The notes under the pieces: model-generated
What the model was told of the DNA's origin: nothing
What the model saw: the letters and a program-made list of their open reading frames with translations, nothing else
Database searches by the model: none
Shown: piece by piece, positions 50,285-59,966 of the stretch
How the letters are laid out: each line of letters begins with the position of its first letter
Position numbering within the stretch: the stretch's first letter is position 1
Program-made: the position numbers and the translations under genes
From: Planctomycetota bacterium
GTDB lineage: Bacteria; Planctomycetota; UBA1135; UBA2386
Length of the DNA stretch: 64,000 bases
NCBI GenBank assembly: GCA_965228735.1
Contig: OZ245838.1
Location: 2,016,001 to 2,080,000 of the forward strand
Direction: 5' to 3'

Positions 50285-51829
50285 TCAAGGGCGAACGGTC
50301 GCCGTGCCCTCCCAGTAGGCCTGGCACCGCGGCCATAGCCAGTCCGCGATCTCGCGCCCGATGCGCAGCCCGACGTCGTTGTCGATCGGGATGTGGTAGC
50401 CGCCGAGCGCACGCGATCGGGCCGCCATCGCGGACGTGCCCGAGAACGTCTCGAGATCGAGCCGCGCGATGTCCGCGGTGCCGAGCTCGGTCAAGGCGCA
50501 GCACGGCCGGACCTCCACCGCGCCATACTCGTCACTGCCGGTGAAGTGCTCGAGCACCCTGGCGCACGCCCCGCTCACCGTGGCGTGCCCGCTCGTGTAG
50601 CCGGGGAACGGCGGCGTGACGAATGCGTACGGCGAGTACGGGTGCCAAACCTCTGCCGGCATCTCCACGACACCGCCCTTTGGCCCGGCCCATCCGCGAA
50701 CGGTCCGGCCGCGATAGTAATGCCGTACGAGTGTCCAGGGCCGGGAGCTGTCGTAGTGCATCTTGGTGTCCCAGCACGCGATGAACGCGTCGAATGCCGC
50801 GACGGCGACCGCGAAGTAGAGGCGCACGTCGGTGTCGAGATCGTTGCCGTCGCGGCGCGACACGTCCTGGGCGAACCGCAGCCAGTGCCCGCTCTGGCCC
50901 GTCGACCGCGGGCCGTCGCGCATGAACTCGACGAGCGCCTTCTCGTCCTGCGTGAGCTCCTGGTTGAACTGGAGCACGAGGTCCGTCTGCCGCCGCAGGA
51001 GCGCGTCGTCCGTGCGGGTCGTCGGCGGCGGTTCGGCCCGGAACTGATCGCCCGACTCGAGCGCGAACGGGCGAACCCGACCCCAGTGCGGCGTGAGACA
51101 ACCCGGCGCGAACTTCGAACCGTCGGCCCGGGTGAACGCGATCGGCTGCCAGCGGTCCGGATCGACGATGCGATCGACGGTGTTCACCGGCCGATAACCC
51201 GTGTAGTCCGACCACGGCGTGCCGTCACTGCCGGGCTCGTCGCCCCGCCAGTTGGAGCCGTCGCGAGCGCGATACTCGAGCACGGCGCGCGCCGCGAGGT
51301 TGCCGATGCCGACGGGAGTCTCGGGGTCCTCGGACGCGTCCTCGGGGTCGTAGCCGAGCCGTCGCATCTCGTGGTGCAGCAGGTCGCGGTCGGCCGGGAA
51401 CACCGCCTCGAGCGCCCGCAGGCTCGCGAAGCTGATCGCCGTTCGCTTGTGCGCCAGGGTCCGCTCGGCAGCGGGTCGCCGCAACGCCGACCCGAGCCGC
51501 GTTCCGACCGCCCGCGCGTCGTAGGCCGCCCACGCGTCGAACATCGCGACCGCCCACACCATCATCTGATGCGACAGCACGGTCGGCTGCGCCCCGACGC
51601 GCTCCACTTCGCGCGCGGCGACCTCCTGCATGATGTCGAGCCAGCGGAACGCGTAGTTCTGCAGCTCGTACGGCACGGGCTCGGCGGTCGTCCGCGCGTA
51701 CTGCGGGCCACTTCCCATGCCGCCGACGACCCGATCGGGGTCGGGCGCTCCGCCGCCGATCAGGCCGCAGCCGGCAGTGCTGGCCAGGAGGAGAAGAGCG
51801 GAAACGCCGCCCCGCACGGTCAATTGCAT
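50285..51829 (-). CDS. Vanadium-dependent haloperoxidase family lipoprotein
   Basis: K.HYDSSRP, TPPFPGYTSGH, SRALGGYH...D vanadate-binding motifs. Lipobox TAG-C. Confidence 0.85.
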   Translation of the reverse strand: MQLTVRGGVSALLLLASTAGCGLIGGGAPDPDRVVGGMGSGPQYARTTAEPVPYELQNYAFRWLDIMQEVAAREVERVGAQPTVLSHQMMVWAVAMFDAWAAYDARAVGTRLGSALRRPAAERTLAHKRTAISFASLRALEAVFPADRDLLHHEMRRLGYDPEDASEDPETPVGIGNLAARAVLEYRARDGSNWRGDEPGSDGTPWSDYTGYRPVNTVDRIVDPDRWQPIAFTRADGSKFAPGCLTPHWGRVRPFALESGDQFRAEPPPTTRTDDALLRRQTDLVLQFNQELTQDEKALVEFMRDGPRSTGQSGHWLRFAQDVSRRDGNDLDTDVRLYFAVAVAAFDAFIACWDTKMHYDSSRPWTLVRHYYRGRTVRGWAGPKGGVVEMPAEVWHPYSPYAFVTPPFPGYTSGHATVSGACARVLEHFTGSDEYGAVEVRPCCALTELGTADIARLDLETFSGTSAMAARSRALGGYHIPIDNDVGLRIGREIADWLWPRCQAYWEGTATVRP

Positions 51830-51896
51830 GCCCGCGATTAGACCGCTCGCAGCGCGCCGTAACAGCCCCACGGCGGCGGCAGCTCCCGCGCGCGCG

Positions 51897-53906
51897 TCAG
51901 CGCAACGGCGCGATCCACGTGGTTGCCAGCCACGGATCGCCGCGATCGGCGATGGTGCGACAGAGCGTGCGCAACGCCGGCGCCGGCGTCAGCGAGTAGG
52001 GCTCGCCATCCGCGGGGACGAAGGTCACGGGCCGCGTCAGATCGACGAGCCGGACATCGAGCCACGCTTCGGCCGCGGCGATCTCCGTCAGCTCGTACTC
52101 GACGGCCTGGTCGGCACACCGCACCGCGGCGTGCTGCCCGCTGCGCGGGTCCGCCACGCGCAGCCAGTAGTGCTGACGCACGACGCCGTCGCTGGGCCGC
52201 CAGGTCAGGTGCCGCGGCAGTTCGGATCTCTGCAACGGCACGAGCTCGGCCAGCAGGTCGCGGTCCGGCAAGCCGCCGTGACCGTTGCCCTCGACGAGCG
52301 TGAACCTCGTCGGGTAGCGCCCCGAGGATTCGGCCTGCAGCTTCGCGAGTGCTGCGGCGAACCGTTCGCAGCGCTCGCGCCGTCCGTACGCGGTGTCCTT
52401 GCCGCCCACCATGAACGAGAACCGCAGCGAGTGCAGTCCGTCCGGCAGGCTCTGTCCGTCGGTCGGCGCGGCCGCGCTGCTGTGCACCGCCGCGAAGCGG
52501 TGTGGCAGCTTGGGGCCGAGCGCGAACGCGCCATAACCGCCGTGGCTGTAGCCGATCGCGACGACGCGGTTCGGATCGACGCCGTCACAGGCGACGAACT
52601 GCCGGATGAGCTTCTCGAGCACCGGGTAGAAGTAGTCGGTGTAGAAGCCGTTCCACTCGTCGGTCGGCGCCCGCAACGCGCAGTAGAGGTAACCGCCGGC
52701 CTCGGGATGGTCGTGGTAGTAGACCTGCATGTGGCGCCACTGCGAGTCGTTGAACCTCTTCGGGACGCCACCGCCGCCGTGCATCGCGATCACGAGCCCC
52801 CAGCCGTCGTCCGGCCGGTCGCCGACCTGCTCGACCGTGAACGGGCTCGTCTTGCCCCCCGCCGTGACGCGCCGGGCTTCGTGATCCTCGATCAGTCGCG
52901 GTCGCTCACTGCGCCGCCACGCCGCGAACGCCAGCCGCCGCAACCGCGCGTCGCCTTCGACGGTCAGAAGCTCGGCATCGAGGTTGCGATCGAACTCGAA
53001 CGTCGCGCGGCGGTCCGCGTCGGCCGCGAAGTAACGGTCGAGCTGCGCGTTCAAGGCATCGTCCGCCGAACCGGTAGCCGCCGCCGGGCCCGGAGCCGCG
53101 GCGGCAGTCCCGGGATCCTGCGGCGCGTAGCGCGCCGTCACGTCGATCCCCCAGAGCTCGATCCCGCGACCCCAGCCCGCGCGGAACCGCTGCCCGGTCG
53201 GCGCGAACGACACCGCCCAGATGCGATGCTCCGGGTCGGCGTCGGCGCACTTGCTCGCGTCCCCGACGAACCACGCGCGGTCGAGACCCTGCGGGTCGGG
53301 CTCGTCCGCCCCGCAGAAGCGCCAGCGTTCGCCGTCCCAGACCTCGACCCAGGTGTGGTTGCCGCGCTTGTGCGGCCATCGCACGGAGACGAGCCGGGCC
53401 GGCACGCAGCACGCCCGACACGCGTCGGCCAACAGGATCGACAAGCCGGTGCAGCTCGCCTTGCCCTGCGCGATCGACTCGCTCGGCGCCTGATCGGCGC
53501 GCCGGCGCGCGGTCGAGTAGTGCACGTTCAACTCGTCGAAGACGATCTCGTTGAGCCGGCGCGCGGCCGCGCCCGGCGTCTGGCAGTCGAGCACGCGCGG
53601 CAGGAACCGACGCTGCAGATCCGAGCGCCAGTCCTCGCGCTTCTCGTTGGCCTGGGCGTAGGGCACGACGTAGTTGAGAAACAGCTGCTCGCCGAGCGCC
53701 GCGCCCCACGGGACCTGCTGCCGCGCCTCGAACGCGAGCCGGACCTCGCGGGCGAGCGCGGCGTCGTCGACCCGTTCGCGGTCCGCGGTCGACTGATGGC
53801 GCCGCAGGAACGCGACCGCCGCGGCCTCCGCCGACTCGTCGGTCTGCGCCACGGCGGGAACCGCGACGGAGAACACCAGGATGGACAGCGCGAGGGTGGT
53901 CCGCAT
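51897..53906 (-). CDS. Secreted transglutaminase-like domain fused to alpha/beta-hydrolase (esterase) domain
   Basis: ASCTGLS...VPAR...NHTWVEVWD (C-H-D triad). LVIAMHGGG, GYSHGG, GGKD, GNGH. Signal ...PAVA-Q. Confidence 0.85.
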   Translation of the reverse strand: MRTTLALSILVFSVAVPAVAQTDESAEAAAVAFLRRHQSTADRERVDDAALAREVRLAFEARQQVPWGAALGEQLFLNYVVPYAQANEKREDWRSDLQRRFLPRVLDCQTPGAAARRLNEIVFDELNVHYSTARRRADQAPSESIAQGKASCTGLSILLADACRACCVPARLVSVRWPHKRGNHTWVEVWDGERWRFCGADEPDPQGLDRAWFVGDASKCADADPEHRIWAVSFAPTGQRFRAGWGRGIELWGIDVTARYAPQDPGTAAAAPGPAAATGSADDALNAQLDRYFAADADRRATFEFDRNLDAELLTVEGDARLRRLAFAAWRRSERPRLIEDHEARRVTAGGKTSPFTVEQVGDRPDDGWGLVIAMHGGGGVPKRFNDSQWRHMQVYYHDHPEAGGYLYCALRAPTDEWNGFYTDYFYPVLEKLIRQFVACDGVDPNRVVAIGYSHGGYGAFALGPKLPHRFAAVHSSAAAPTDGQSLPDGLHSLRFSFMVGGKDTAYGRRERCERFAAALAKLQAESSGRYPTRFTLVEGNGHGGLPDRDLLAELVPLQRSELPRHLTWRPSDGVVRQHYWLRVADPRSGQHAAVRCADQAVEYELTEIAAAEAWLDVRLVDLTRPVTFVPADGEPYSLTPAPALRTLCRTIADRGDPWLATTWIAPLR

Positions 53907-54090
53907 GCCGTGGTCATACCGCACGGTCGAACACCGCGGAATCATCCCCCATCGCCGGGTCGCAATACGCTCGCCCGTCGCCCACCGGTCGAGAGGCGTG
54001 AGCCGATCGGTCACACCGCGAGTCGCGACCGTTTACAGTGCGAGAGGCTCGACCGCCGGTCTCGCCCTACCGATCCGACCACGCCTTCGC

Positions 54091-55323
54091 ATGCGCCACC
54101 ACCTCATCGCCGCCGTCCTGTCCTGCTCCACGACCGTCGTCGCCCAGACCATCGACCCGACGTTCGCTGGCGTCTACACCGCGACGGATCTCGGTTTCGT
54201 GCCGGGCGTCCCCACGCCGTACGGCGGCATCGTGTTCAAGGCGAACGCGCCGAACACTCTGTTGATCGGGGGCTTCGCCAACCAGACGAGCGCCGCGATC
54301 TACGAGATCGACGTGACCCGCGACAGCCAGGGGTTCATCACCGGCTTCGTCGGCACGGCTACCCAGTTCGCGACGGCCCCGCAGATCGACGGGGGCCTGT
54401 GCTACGGCCCGAATGGCGTGCTGTTCTTCACGACGTACAACAACAATACCCTCGGCCAGATCAAGCCGGGCAGCACGTCGCCCGACAAGACCATCGCGCT
54501 CACTGCGCTCGGGGTCGCGTCATCGACCGGCACGTGCAACTTCGCGCCCGCCAACTTCCCCGGCGCCGGCGAACTCAAGGTCGCGTCGTTCAGCAGCTGG
54601 GGCTTTTACAGCTTCCAGGTCACGCCCGATGGCACCGGCACGTTCGACATCACGCCGACCACGGGCCCGGTCAGCGTGAACGGCGGCCCCGAAGGCATCC
54701 TCTACGTCCCGCCCGGCTCGGCACTGATCCCGGACTACCAGTACGTGCTCATCAGCGAATGGGGCGCGGGTGCGGTCGGGCTCTACCGGATCGACGGCAA
54801 CGGCGATCCGATCCTGGCCTCACGAATCCCGTTCATCACGGGGCTGACCGGCGCCGAAGGCGCGTGCACGGACCCGATCACGGGCGACCTCGTGTTCTCG
54901 ACGTTCGGCGGCGGTGATCGGGTGCTCCGGATCACCGGTTTCGGCGTCTGCGGCAGTCACACGAACTACGGCACCGGCATCGCGGGCCAGAACGGCGCTC
55001 CCGCGATCGCCGGCGGCGGCTGCGCCGGCCGCGGTCAGATCACGACGATCGACGTGACCAACGGCCCGCCCGGCGCGACTGGTTTGCTGGCCGTCGGCTT
55101 CACGCAGGCCAACATCCCCGTGCTCGGCGGCGCGCTGCTCGTGAACCCGGTGAACAACTTCTTCCACTTCCTCGACGGCGCGGGCCAGTGGAGCCTCACG
55201 GTGTTGCTGCCGGTCGACCCCAGCTGGAACGGGCTCAACATCTACTCGCAGAGCTTCTACCTCGACCCGGGCGCGAGCCAGGGCATCGCAGCCACGAACG
55301 GGCTGCACACGCTCGTGCGTTGA
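54091..55323 (+). CDS. Secreted beta-propeller-like protein with shared C-terminal domain
   Basis: Signal ...STTVVA-Q. IDGGL.YGPNGVLFFT.Y, GPEG..YVP, GAEGA..DP.TGD..FSTFGG. C-terminal YGTG.AGQNGAP...PVDP...G....SQ...D...TNGL. Confidence 0.85.
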   Translation: MRHHLIAAVLSCSTTVVAQTIDPTFAGVYTATDLGFVPGVPTPYGGIVFKANAPNTLLIGGFANQTSAAIYEIDVTRDSQGFITGFVGTATQFATAPQIDGGLCYGPNGVLFFTTYNNNTLGQIKPGSTSPDKTIALTALGVASSTGTCNFAPANFPGAGELKVASFSSWGFYSFQVTPDGTGTFDITPTTGPVSVNGGPEGILYVPPGSALIPDYQYVLISEWGAGAVGLYRIDGNGDPILASRIPFITGLTGAEGACTDPITGDLVFSTFGGGDRVLRITGFGVCGSHTNYGTGIAGQNGAPAIAGGGCAGRGQITTIDVTNGPPGATGLLAVGFTQANIPVLGGALLVNPVNNFFHFLDGAGQWSLTVLLPVDPSWNGLNIYSQSFYLDPGASQGIAATNGLHTLVR

Positions 55324-55355
55324 CGGCCGGTTCCGCGGTCGACCTGCACCCCCGC

Positions 55356-55769
55356 TCAGGCGGGGCGCAGGACGCCGGTCGAGAACATCCAGAACCCGGT
55401 GCCCGTCGCGACCAGGGTCGCCACGAGCCAGATCACGACCGTCGCGAGATGCCAACGCCGCACGCGCGGGTTGCGCCAGAGCCAGATGCCCGACCCGATC
55501 ACGGGCAGCGCGAGGAACGCGGCAGTCTTGGCGAACACCAGGTGGAACGCCAGGTTGTCGGGCGGGAACTCGTACTGTTGCGCGAGCTGCTCGGTGAAGA
55601 CGATGGCGAACGTCAGCGCGACCATGGCCGCCGGCCCGAGCACGAGGTGCAGGCGGCGGCCCTTGCGAAAGCCGGAGATCAACGCGCCGACGATGCAGAC
55701 GAGGGTCGCCACGAACGCGATCCAGAACGGCAGGGACGAAGGAGGAGCAGCGTCGTTCTGGGCCAGCAT
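55356..55769 (-). CDS. Small 4-TM membrane protein with His residues in/near TM helices
   Basis: Four hydrophobic segments with RRLHL, AFHL, RRWHL. Function unknown. Confidence 0.65.
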   Translation of the reverse strand: MLAQNDAAPPSSLPFWIAFVATLVCIVGALISGFRKGRRLHLVLGPAAMVALTFAIVFTEQLAQQYEFPPDNLAFHLVFAKTAAFLALPVIGSGIWLWRNPRVRRWHLATVVIWLVATLVATGTGFWMFSTGVLRPA

Positions 55770-55823
55770 GCGGTTGGAGGCAACGAATTGGAGCCGGGCG
55801 GATTTCACGCTACGTTCGACACC

Positions 55824-56297
55824 ATGGCCAACGAAAACCCCGGATCCATCGACGGCAACGGCAAGCGCGTCGGCATCGCGGTCGCACGCTTCAACGAGAT
55901 GGTTACCGGCGAGCTGCTGCGCGGCGCGCGCTCGGCGCTCACCGAGGCCGGAGTCGCGCCGGCGGCGATCGAAGTCGTGTGGGTTCCCGGCGCGTTCGAG
56001 TTGCCCGCGGCCGGGCGCCTGCTCTGGGACACCGGGCGGCTCGACGCCATCGTCCTGCTCGGGGCCGTCGTGCGCGGCGAGACCGACCACTACGACTTCG
56101 TCTGCGCGGCCGTATCCGACGGCGCGATGCGACTGGGGGAAGCCGGCATCCCGACGGGCTTCGGCGTGCTGACCTGCGGCACGATGGAGCTCGCGCTGGA
56201 CCGCGCCGGCGGCGCCGCCGGCAACAAGGGCGTCGACGCCGCCCAGGCCGCCCTCGCCATGGCCAACCTGCGCGCCGATCTCGCCCCGGTTGCGTGA
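55824..56297 (+). CDS. ribH: 6,7-dimethyl-8-ribityllumazine synthase
   Basis: IAVARFN, VPGAFELP, LGAVVRGETDHYDFV, FGVLT, A.DRAGG..GNKG. Confidence 0.97.
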   Translation: MANENPGSIDGNGKRVGIAVARFNEMVTGELLRGARSALTEAGVAPAAIEVVWVPGAFELPAAGRLLWDTGRLDAIVLLGAVVRGETDHYDFVCAAVSDGAMRLGEAGIPTGFGVLTCGTMELALDRAGGAAGNKGVDAAQAALAMANLRADLAPVA

Positions 56298-56375
56298 GGG
56301 TCGGTTGCGTGATCTTCGGGCCGTGTTACCCTTCGCTCCCGACGCGCCGGACCGGCGCGCCCCCTGCTCCTTGCC

Positions 56376-56966
56376 ATGACCGCCCCATCCCGTAACGGCC
56401 GCGGCGCGCCGCCGCGCCGCCGCACCCGCGCTCGCGAGATCGCGATGCAGCTGCTCTTCCAAGTCGACCTGCGTGGCGGTAGCCGGCGTATCGCTGAGCG
56501 GCGCGGCGGGGACCAGGAAGGCGGGGACTACTTCGAGCAGATCGGGCGCACGATCGCCGAGGCCTGCGCCGATGCGAGTCCGGACGAAGCCGAGGTGGCG
56601 CGCTTCGCCCAGGGGCTGATCGAAGGCACGCTCGAGCACCAGGCGCAGATCGATCAACGGCTGCAGGCCGTGACCCGCAACTGGGACCTGCGGCGCATGG
56701 CGGCGATCGATCGCAACGTGCTCCGGATGGCGATCTACGAGCTCATGCACGTGGCGGACGTCCCGCCCAAGGTCGCGATCAACGAGGCGATCGAGCTCGC
56801 CAAGAAGTTCTCGACCAAGAACTCGGGCGGCTTCGTGAACGGCATCCTCGATCGCGTCCGCATCGACCTCGAACGCGAGCGCGCGCAGCCGAAGGACGGC
56901 ACCGAAGCGGCGCCGGCCGCGGACGCCAGCGCCCCGAGCGTGGATTCCGACGGCGCCAGCGCGTAG
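56376..56966 (+). CDS. nusB: Transcription antitermination factor NusB
   Basis: RRRTRAREIAMQLLFQ, NWDL.RMAAIDRNVLR, VPPKVAINEAIELAKKFS, FVNGILD. Follows ribH. Confidence 0.96.
   Translation: MTAPSRNGRGAPPRRRTRAREIAMQLLFQVDLRGGSRRIAERRGGDQEGGDYFEQIGRTIAEACADASPDEAEVARFAQGLIEGTLEHQAQIDQRLQAVTRNWDLRRMAAIDRNVLRMAIYELMHVADVPPKVAINEAIELAKKFSTKNSGGFVNGILDRVRIDLERERAQPKDGTEAAPAADASAPSVDSDGASA
56472..56531 (+). repeat. Degenerate 4 x 15-bp repeat forming an insertion in nusB
   Basis: cgtggcggtagccgg / cgtatcgctgagcgg / cgcggcggggaccag / gaaggcggggactac (RGGSR-RIAER-RGGDQ-EGGDY). Confidence 0.55.
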
Positions 56967-56980
56967 ACCTCTGGCCGTTC

Positions 56981-57898
56981 ATGGTGTTCGGCAAGCTCCT
57001 CGGCGCGCTCAAGAAGACGCGCGAAGTCCTCACGAAGGGCCTCAATCGCCTCTTCAAGGGTCGCCAGCTCGACGAGGACCTGCTCGACGAGCTCGAAGAG
57101 GTGCTCTACCAGAGTGACCTCGGCCCGCTCGGCACCCGCATCGTCGACGACCTCAAGGCGGCGTATCGCAAGAAGGAGATCAAGACGACCGAGGAGGTCC
57201 CCGCCTTCTTGCGGGAACGCCTGCTCACGATCCTCGACGGCGCCGCGGCGCCGCTCGCGACCGCGCCGAAGAAGCCGACCGTGCTGCTCATCGTCGGCGT
57301 GAACGGCTCGGGCAAGACGACGTCGATCGCCAAGCTCGCGTGCCACCTCAAGCGGCAGGGCAACTCCGTGCTGCTGGGTGCCGGCGACACGTTCCGCGCC
57401 GCCGCGGTCGAACAGCTCACGATGTGGGCCGAGCGGCTCGAGATCCCGATCATCAAGCAGGCGACGGGCGCCGACCCGGCCGCGGTGGCGTTCGACGCCG
57501 TCGCCGCCGCCGTCGCGCGCAACGTCGACTACCTCGTGCTCGACACCGCCGGCCGTCTGCACACGCAGAAGAACCTCATGACGGAGCTCGAGAAGATCGT
57601 GCGCGTCGTGCAGAAGCAGCTGCCGGACGCGCCGCACGAGACCCTGCTCGTGATCGACGCGACGACCGGGCAGAACGCGATCCGCCAGGCCAGCGAGTTC
57701 GCGAAGGCGGCGCCGGTCTCCGGCCTCATCCTGTCCAAGATGGACGGCACGGCCAAGGGCGGCGCGGTGTTCGGCATCCGCGACGTGCTGCCGGTCCCGG
57801 TCAAGTTCCTCGGCGTCGGCGAAGGCATGGAAGACCTCGAACCGTTCGCCGTCGAAAGCTACGTCGACGCCATCCTGCAGTTCGACGAACCGTCATGA
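56981..57898 (+). CDS. ftsY: Signal recognition particle receptor FtsY (NG domain only)
   Basis: GVNGSGKTTSIAKLA, DTFRAAAVEQL, DPAAVAFDA, DTAGRLH, DATTGQNA, KMDGTAKGG, GVGE..EDL. Confidence 0.98.
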   Translation: MVFGKLLGALKKTREVLTKGLNRLFKGRQLDEDLLDELEEVLYQSDLGPLGTRIVDDLKAAYRKKEIKTTEEVPAFLRERLLTILDGAAAPLATAPKKPTVLLIVGVNGSGKTTSIAKLACHLKRQGNSVLLGAGDTFRAAAVEQLTMWAERLEIPIIKQATGADPAAVAFDAVAAAVARNVDYLVLDTAGRLHTQKNLMTELEKIVRVVQKQLPDAPHETLLVIDATTGQNAIRQASEFAKAAPVSGLILSKMDGTAKGGAVFGIRDVLPVPVKFLGVGEGMEDLEPFAVESYVDAILQFDEPS

Positions 57899-59946
57899 CC
57901 GAGCGCCCGGCCGAGCCCGCCACCCCACCCGGTTGGCTGCTGTGGCTGTTCCTCGGCCTGCTCGTGCTGCCCTTCTGGCCCTACTGGGTCGACTTCGAAC
58001 AGGTCCGCCGCGGCTTGCTCCTCGCGCTCTGCGGCGCGACCCTGCTGCTGCTGCCGCGGCTGCCGCGCGCGCGCGGCGAGAACGCGTTCCTCGTGTTCCT
58101 CGCATTCTCGGGCGTCGCGGCGCTCATCAGCTACCGCTCGCTGCAGCCGTTCGAAGCGCTGTATCGCGTCGCGCACTTCGCCAGTCTGCTCGTCGTCCTG
58201 CGCCTCGGCGCGGCGTTCGGCAACCGACTCGGCACACCGCTCGCGACCGCGGTGCTCTCGACCTCGGTGTTCGGCGTGCTGCAGCGCCTCGGCCTCTGCG
58301 GCATCGGCTGGTACGGGATCGCGGCCGAACCCGTGTCCGTGTTCGGCAATCTCAACGTCGCGTCCGAGTGGACCGCGGTCGCCGCGATGGCCGTCGCTGT
58401 CCTGCCCGTGCGCAATCGCGCGCTGCAACTCGCGGCCCTCGCGTTCGCCGGCTGCTACCTCGTCGGCAACGGCTCGCGGTCCGGCATGATCGCGTTCGCG
58501 ATCGGCCTCACCGTCCTGCTGCTGCGGCATCGCCAGCTCGATCAGGTCGTGCGCTCCGCCGCCGCGCTCGGGGGGGCCGGCATCGGCCTGCTGCTCGCGC
58601 TCGCGGTCGCGCAACCGCCTCCCGCCGACCAGGACGCCGCGGACGCGATCGCCCAGCGCTCGTCGCGCACTCTCGAGGTGCGATTCGAGATCGCGCGCGG
58701 CTGCACCGATCTGCTCCGCGAGCGCCCCGTGTTCGGCTTCGGCCCCGGCCAGTTCGCCGTCCAGTACCCGCGCGTCCGCACCCAGCGCGAGATCGAACTC
58801 TCGACGCAGGAACGGCGGTTCGCCGCGGAGGTCCGCACGGCCCACGACGACTGGCTCGAGCTGCTCGTCGAAGGCGGCCTGCCACTCGCGCTGGCGTTCG
58901 CCTGCGCGCTGTTCGCGCTGCAGCGCGGCACGACGCGGAAGGAACGACTGCTGCCGCTCCTCGTGCTGTTGCTCATCATGTTCGCCCGGTCGCCGCTCGC
59001 GAACGCGCCGGCCATCGTCGCCGCGTTGCTGCCGATCGCGACGACCGCGACCGCCGCGCGGCCGCTGCCGAACTGGCTGCCGTGGCTCCGCCGCGCGTTC
59101 GGCGTTCTGCTCCTGTATCTGGGCGTGCTGCCGATCGTCGCCCACCAGGCGTTCGCCCCGTACGTGCGGGCCATCGCACTCGGCCGTCAGCCGGACGTGC
59201 GGTGCGCCCAGACGGCGCACGCGTGGATGTGGTGGGAGCCGCGCTGGCTGCAGGTGCTCGCGCAGGAATACGAGACCGCCGGCGAACCACGCGCGGCGCA
59301 GAAGGCCGCCGCGATGGCCGCCGAGCTGCGCCCCCACGATCCGCAGCTGCTCGCGCTGCTCGGCCGCCTGCTGTCGAACGAGGGCCGGTACGAAGAAGCG
59401 GCGAAGGTCGCGCGCCACGGCCTGAGCATCGACCCGATGCATCCGGAGCTGCGGGTCCTGCTGAGCATCGCGCTGCTGCTCGACGGCCAGCACGACGCCG
59501 CGATCCGGGTGGTGATGAGCAACCCCCACCCGTCACTGCGTGCGCAACTGCGATCGCACTTCGCTGACCTCGCGCGCGTCGCCGAGTCCCGCGGCGACGA
59601 CCAGGGTGCCGCGCGGTGCCGCATGGAGCACGCGTTCTTGTCGACGCTCGACGCGCTCGGCGGCGCCGGGGTGAACGCATGGCTCACGGCGAAGGAGCAA
59701 CTGCGCGAGTTCTTCGCGACATCGCAGGCAGCGGGCCAGCTCCGGCACGACGTGCGCCCGTTCCTGCTCGCGGCTTTGCAGCTGCTGGCGCTTGACGACG
59801 TCGAGGAAGCGGGCACCTACGGTGAGACGGCGAAAAAGCGCGGCCTGTGGCTGCGCGACTGGCAGCGCGAGATGCTCGGCGACCGCATCGAACCGCTGCT
59901 CGCGATGGAGTCCTGGTTCGAGGTCCTGCGGCGACGCGGCCGCTGA
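57895..59946 (+). CDS. O-antigen-ligase (Wzy_C)-like membrane protein with C-terminal TPRs
   Basis: Multi-TM. SVFGN.N, GSRSG, P.FGFGPGQF...YP, AHDDWLELLVEGG. TPR-like helices. ATGA overlap with ftsY. Confidence 0.85.
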   Translation: MTERPAEPATPPGWLLWLFLGLLVLPFWPYWVDFEQVRRGLLLALCGATLLLLPRLPRARGENAFLVFLAFSGVAALISYRSLQPFEALYRVAHFASLLVVLRLGAAFGNRLGTPLATAVLSTSVFGVLQRLGLCGIGWYGIAAEPVSVFGNLNVASEWTAVAAMAVAVLPVRNRALQLAALAFAGCYLVGNGSRSGMIAFAIGLTVLLLRHRQLDQVVRSAAALGGAGIGLLLALAVAQPPPADQDAADAIAQRSSRTLEVRFEIARGCTDLLRERPVFGFGPGQFAVQYPRVRTQREIELSTQERRFAAEVRTAHDDWLELLVEGGLPLALAFACALFALQRGTTRKERLLPLLVLLLIMFARSPLANAPAIVAALLPIATTATAARPLPNWLPWLRRAFGVLLLYLGVLPIVAHQAFAPYVRAIALGRQPDVRCAQTAHAWMWWEPRWLQVLAQEYETAGEPRAAQKAAAMAAELRPHDPQLLALLGRLLSNEGRYEEAAKVARHGLSIDPMHPELRVLLSIALLLDGQHDAAIRVVMSNPHPSLRAQLRSHFADLARVAESRGDDQGAARCRMEHAFLSTLDALGGAGVNAWLTAKEQLREFFATSQAAGQLRHDVRPFLLAALQLLALDDVEEAGTYGETAKKRGLWLRDWQREMLGDRIEPLLAMESWFEVLRRRGR

Positions 59947-59966
59947 CCCGCGATCGCGCGCCGGCG

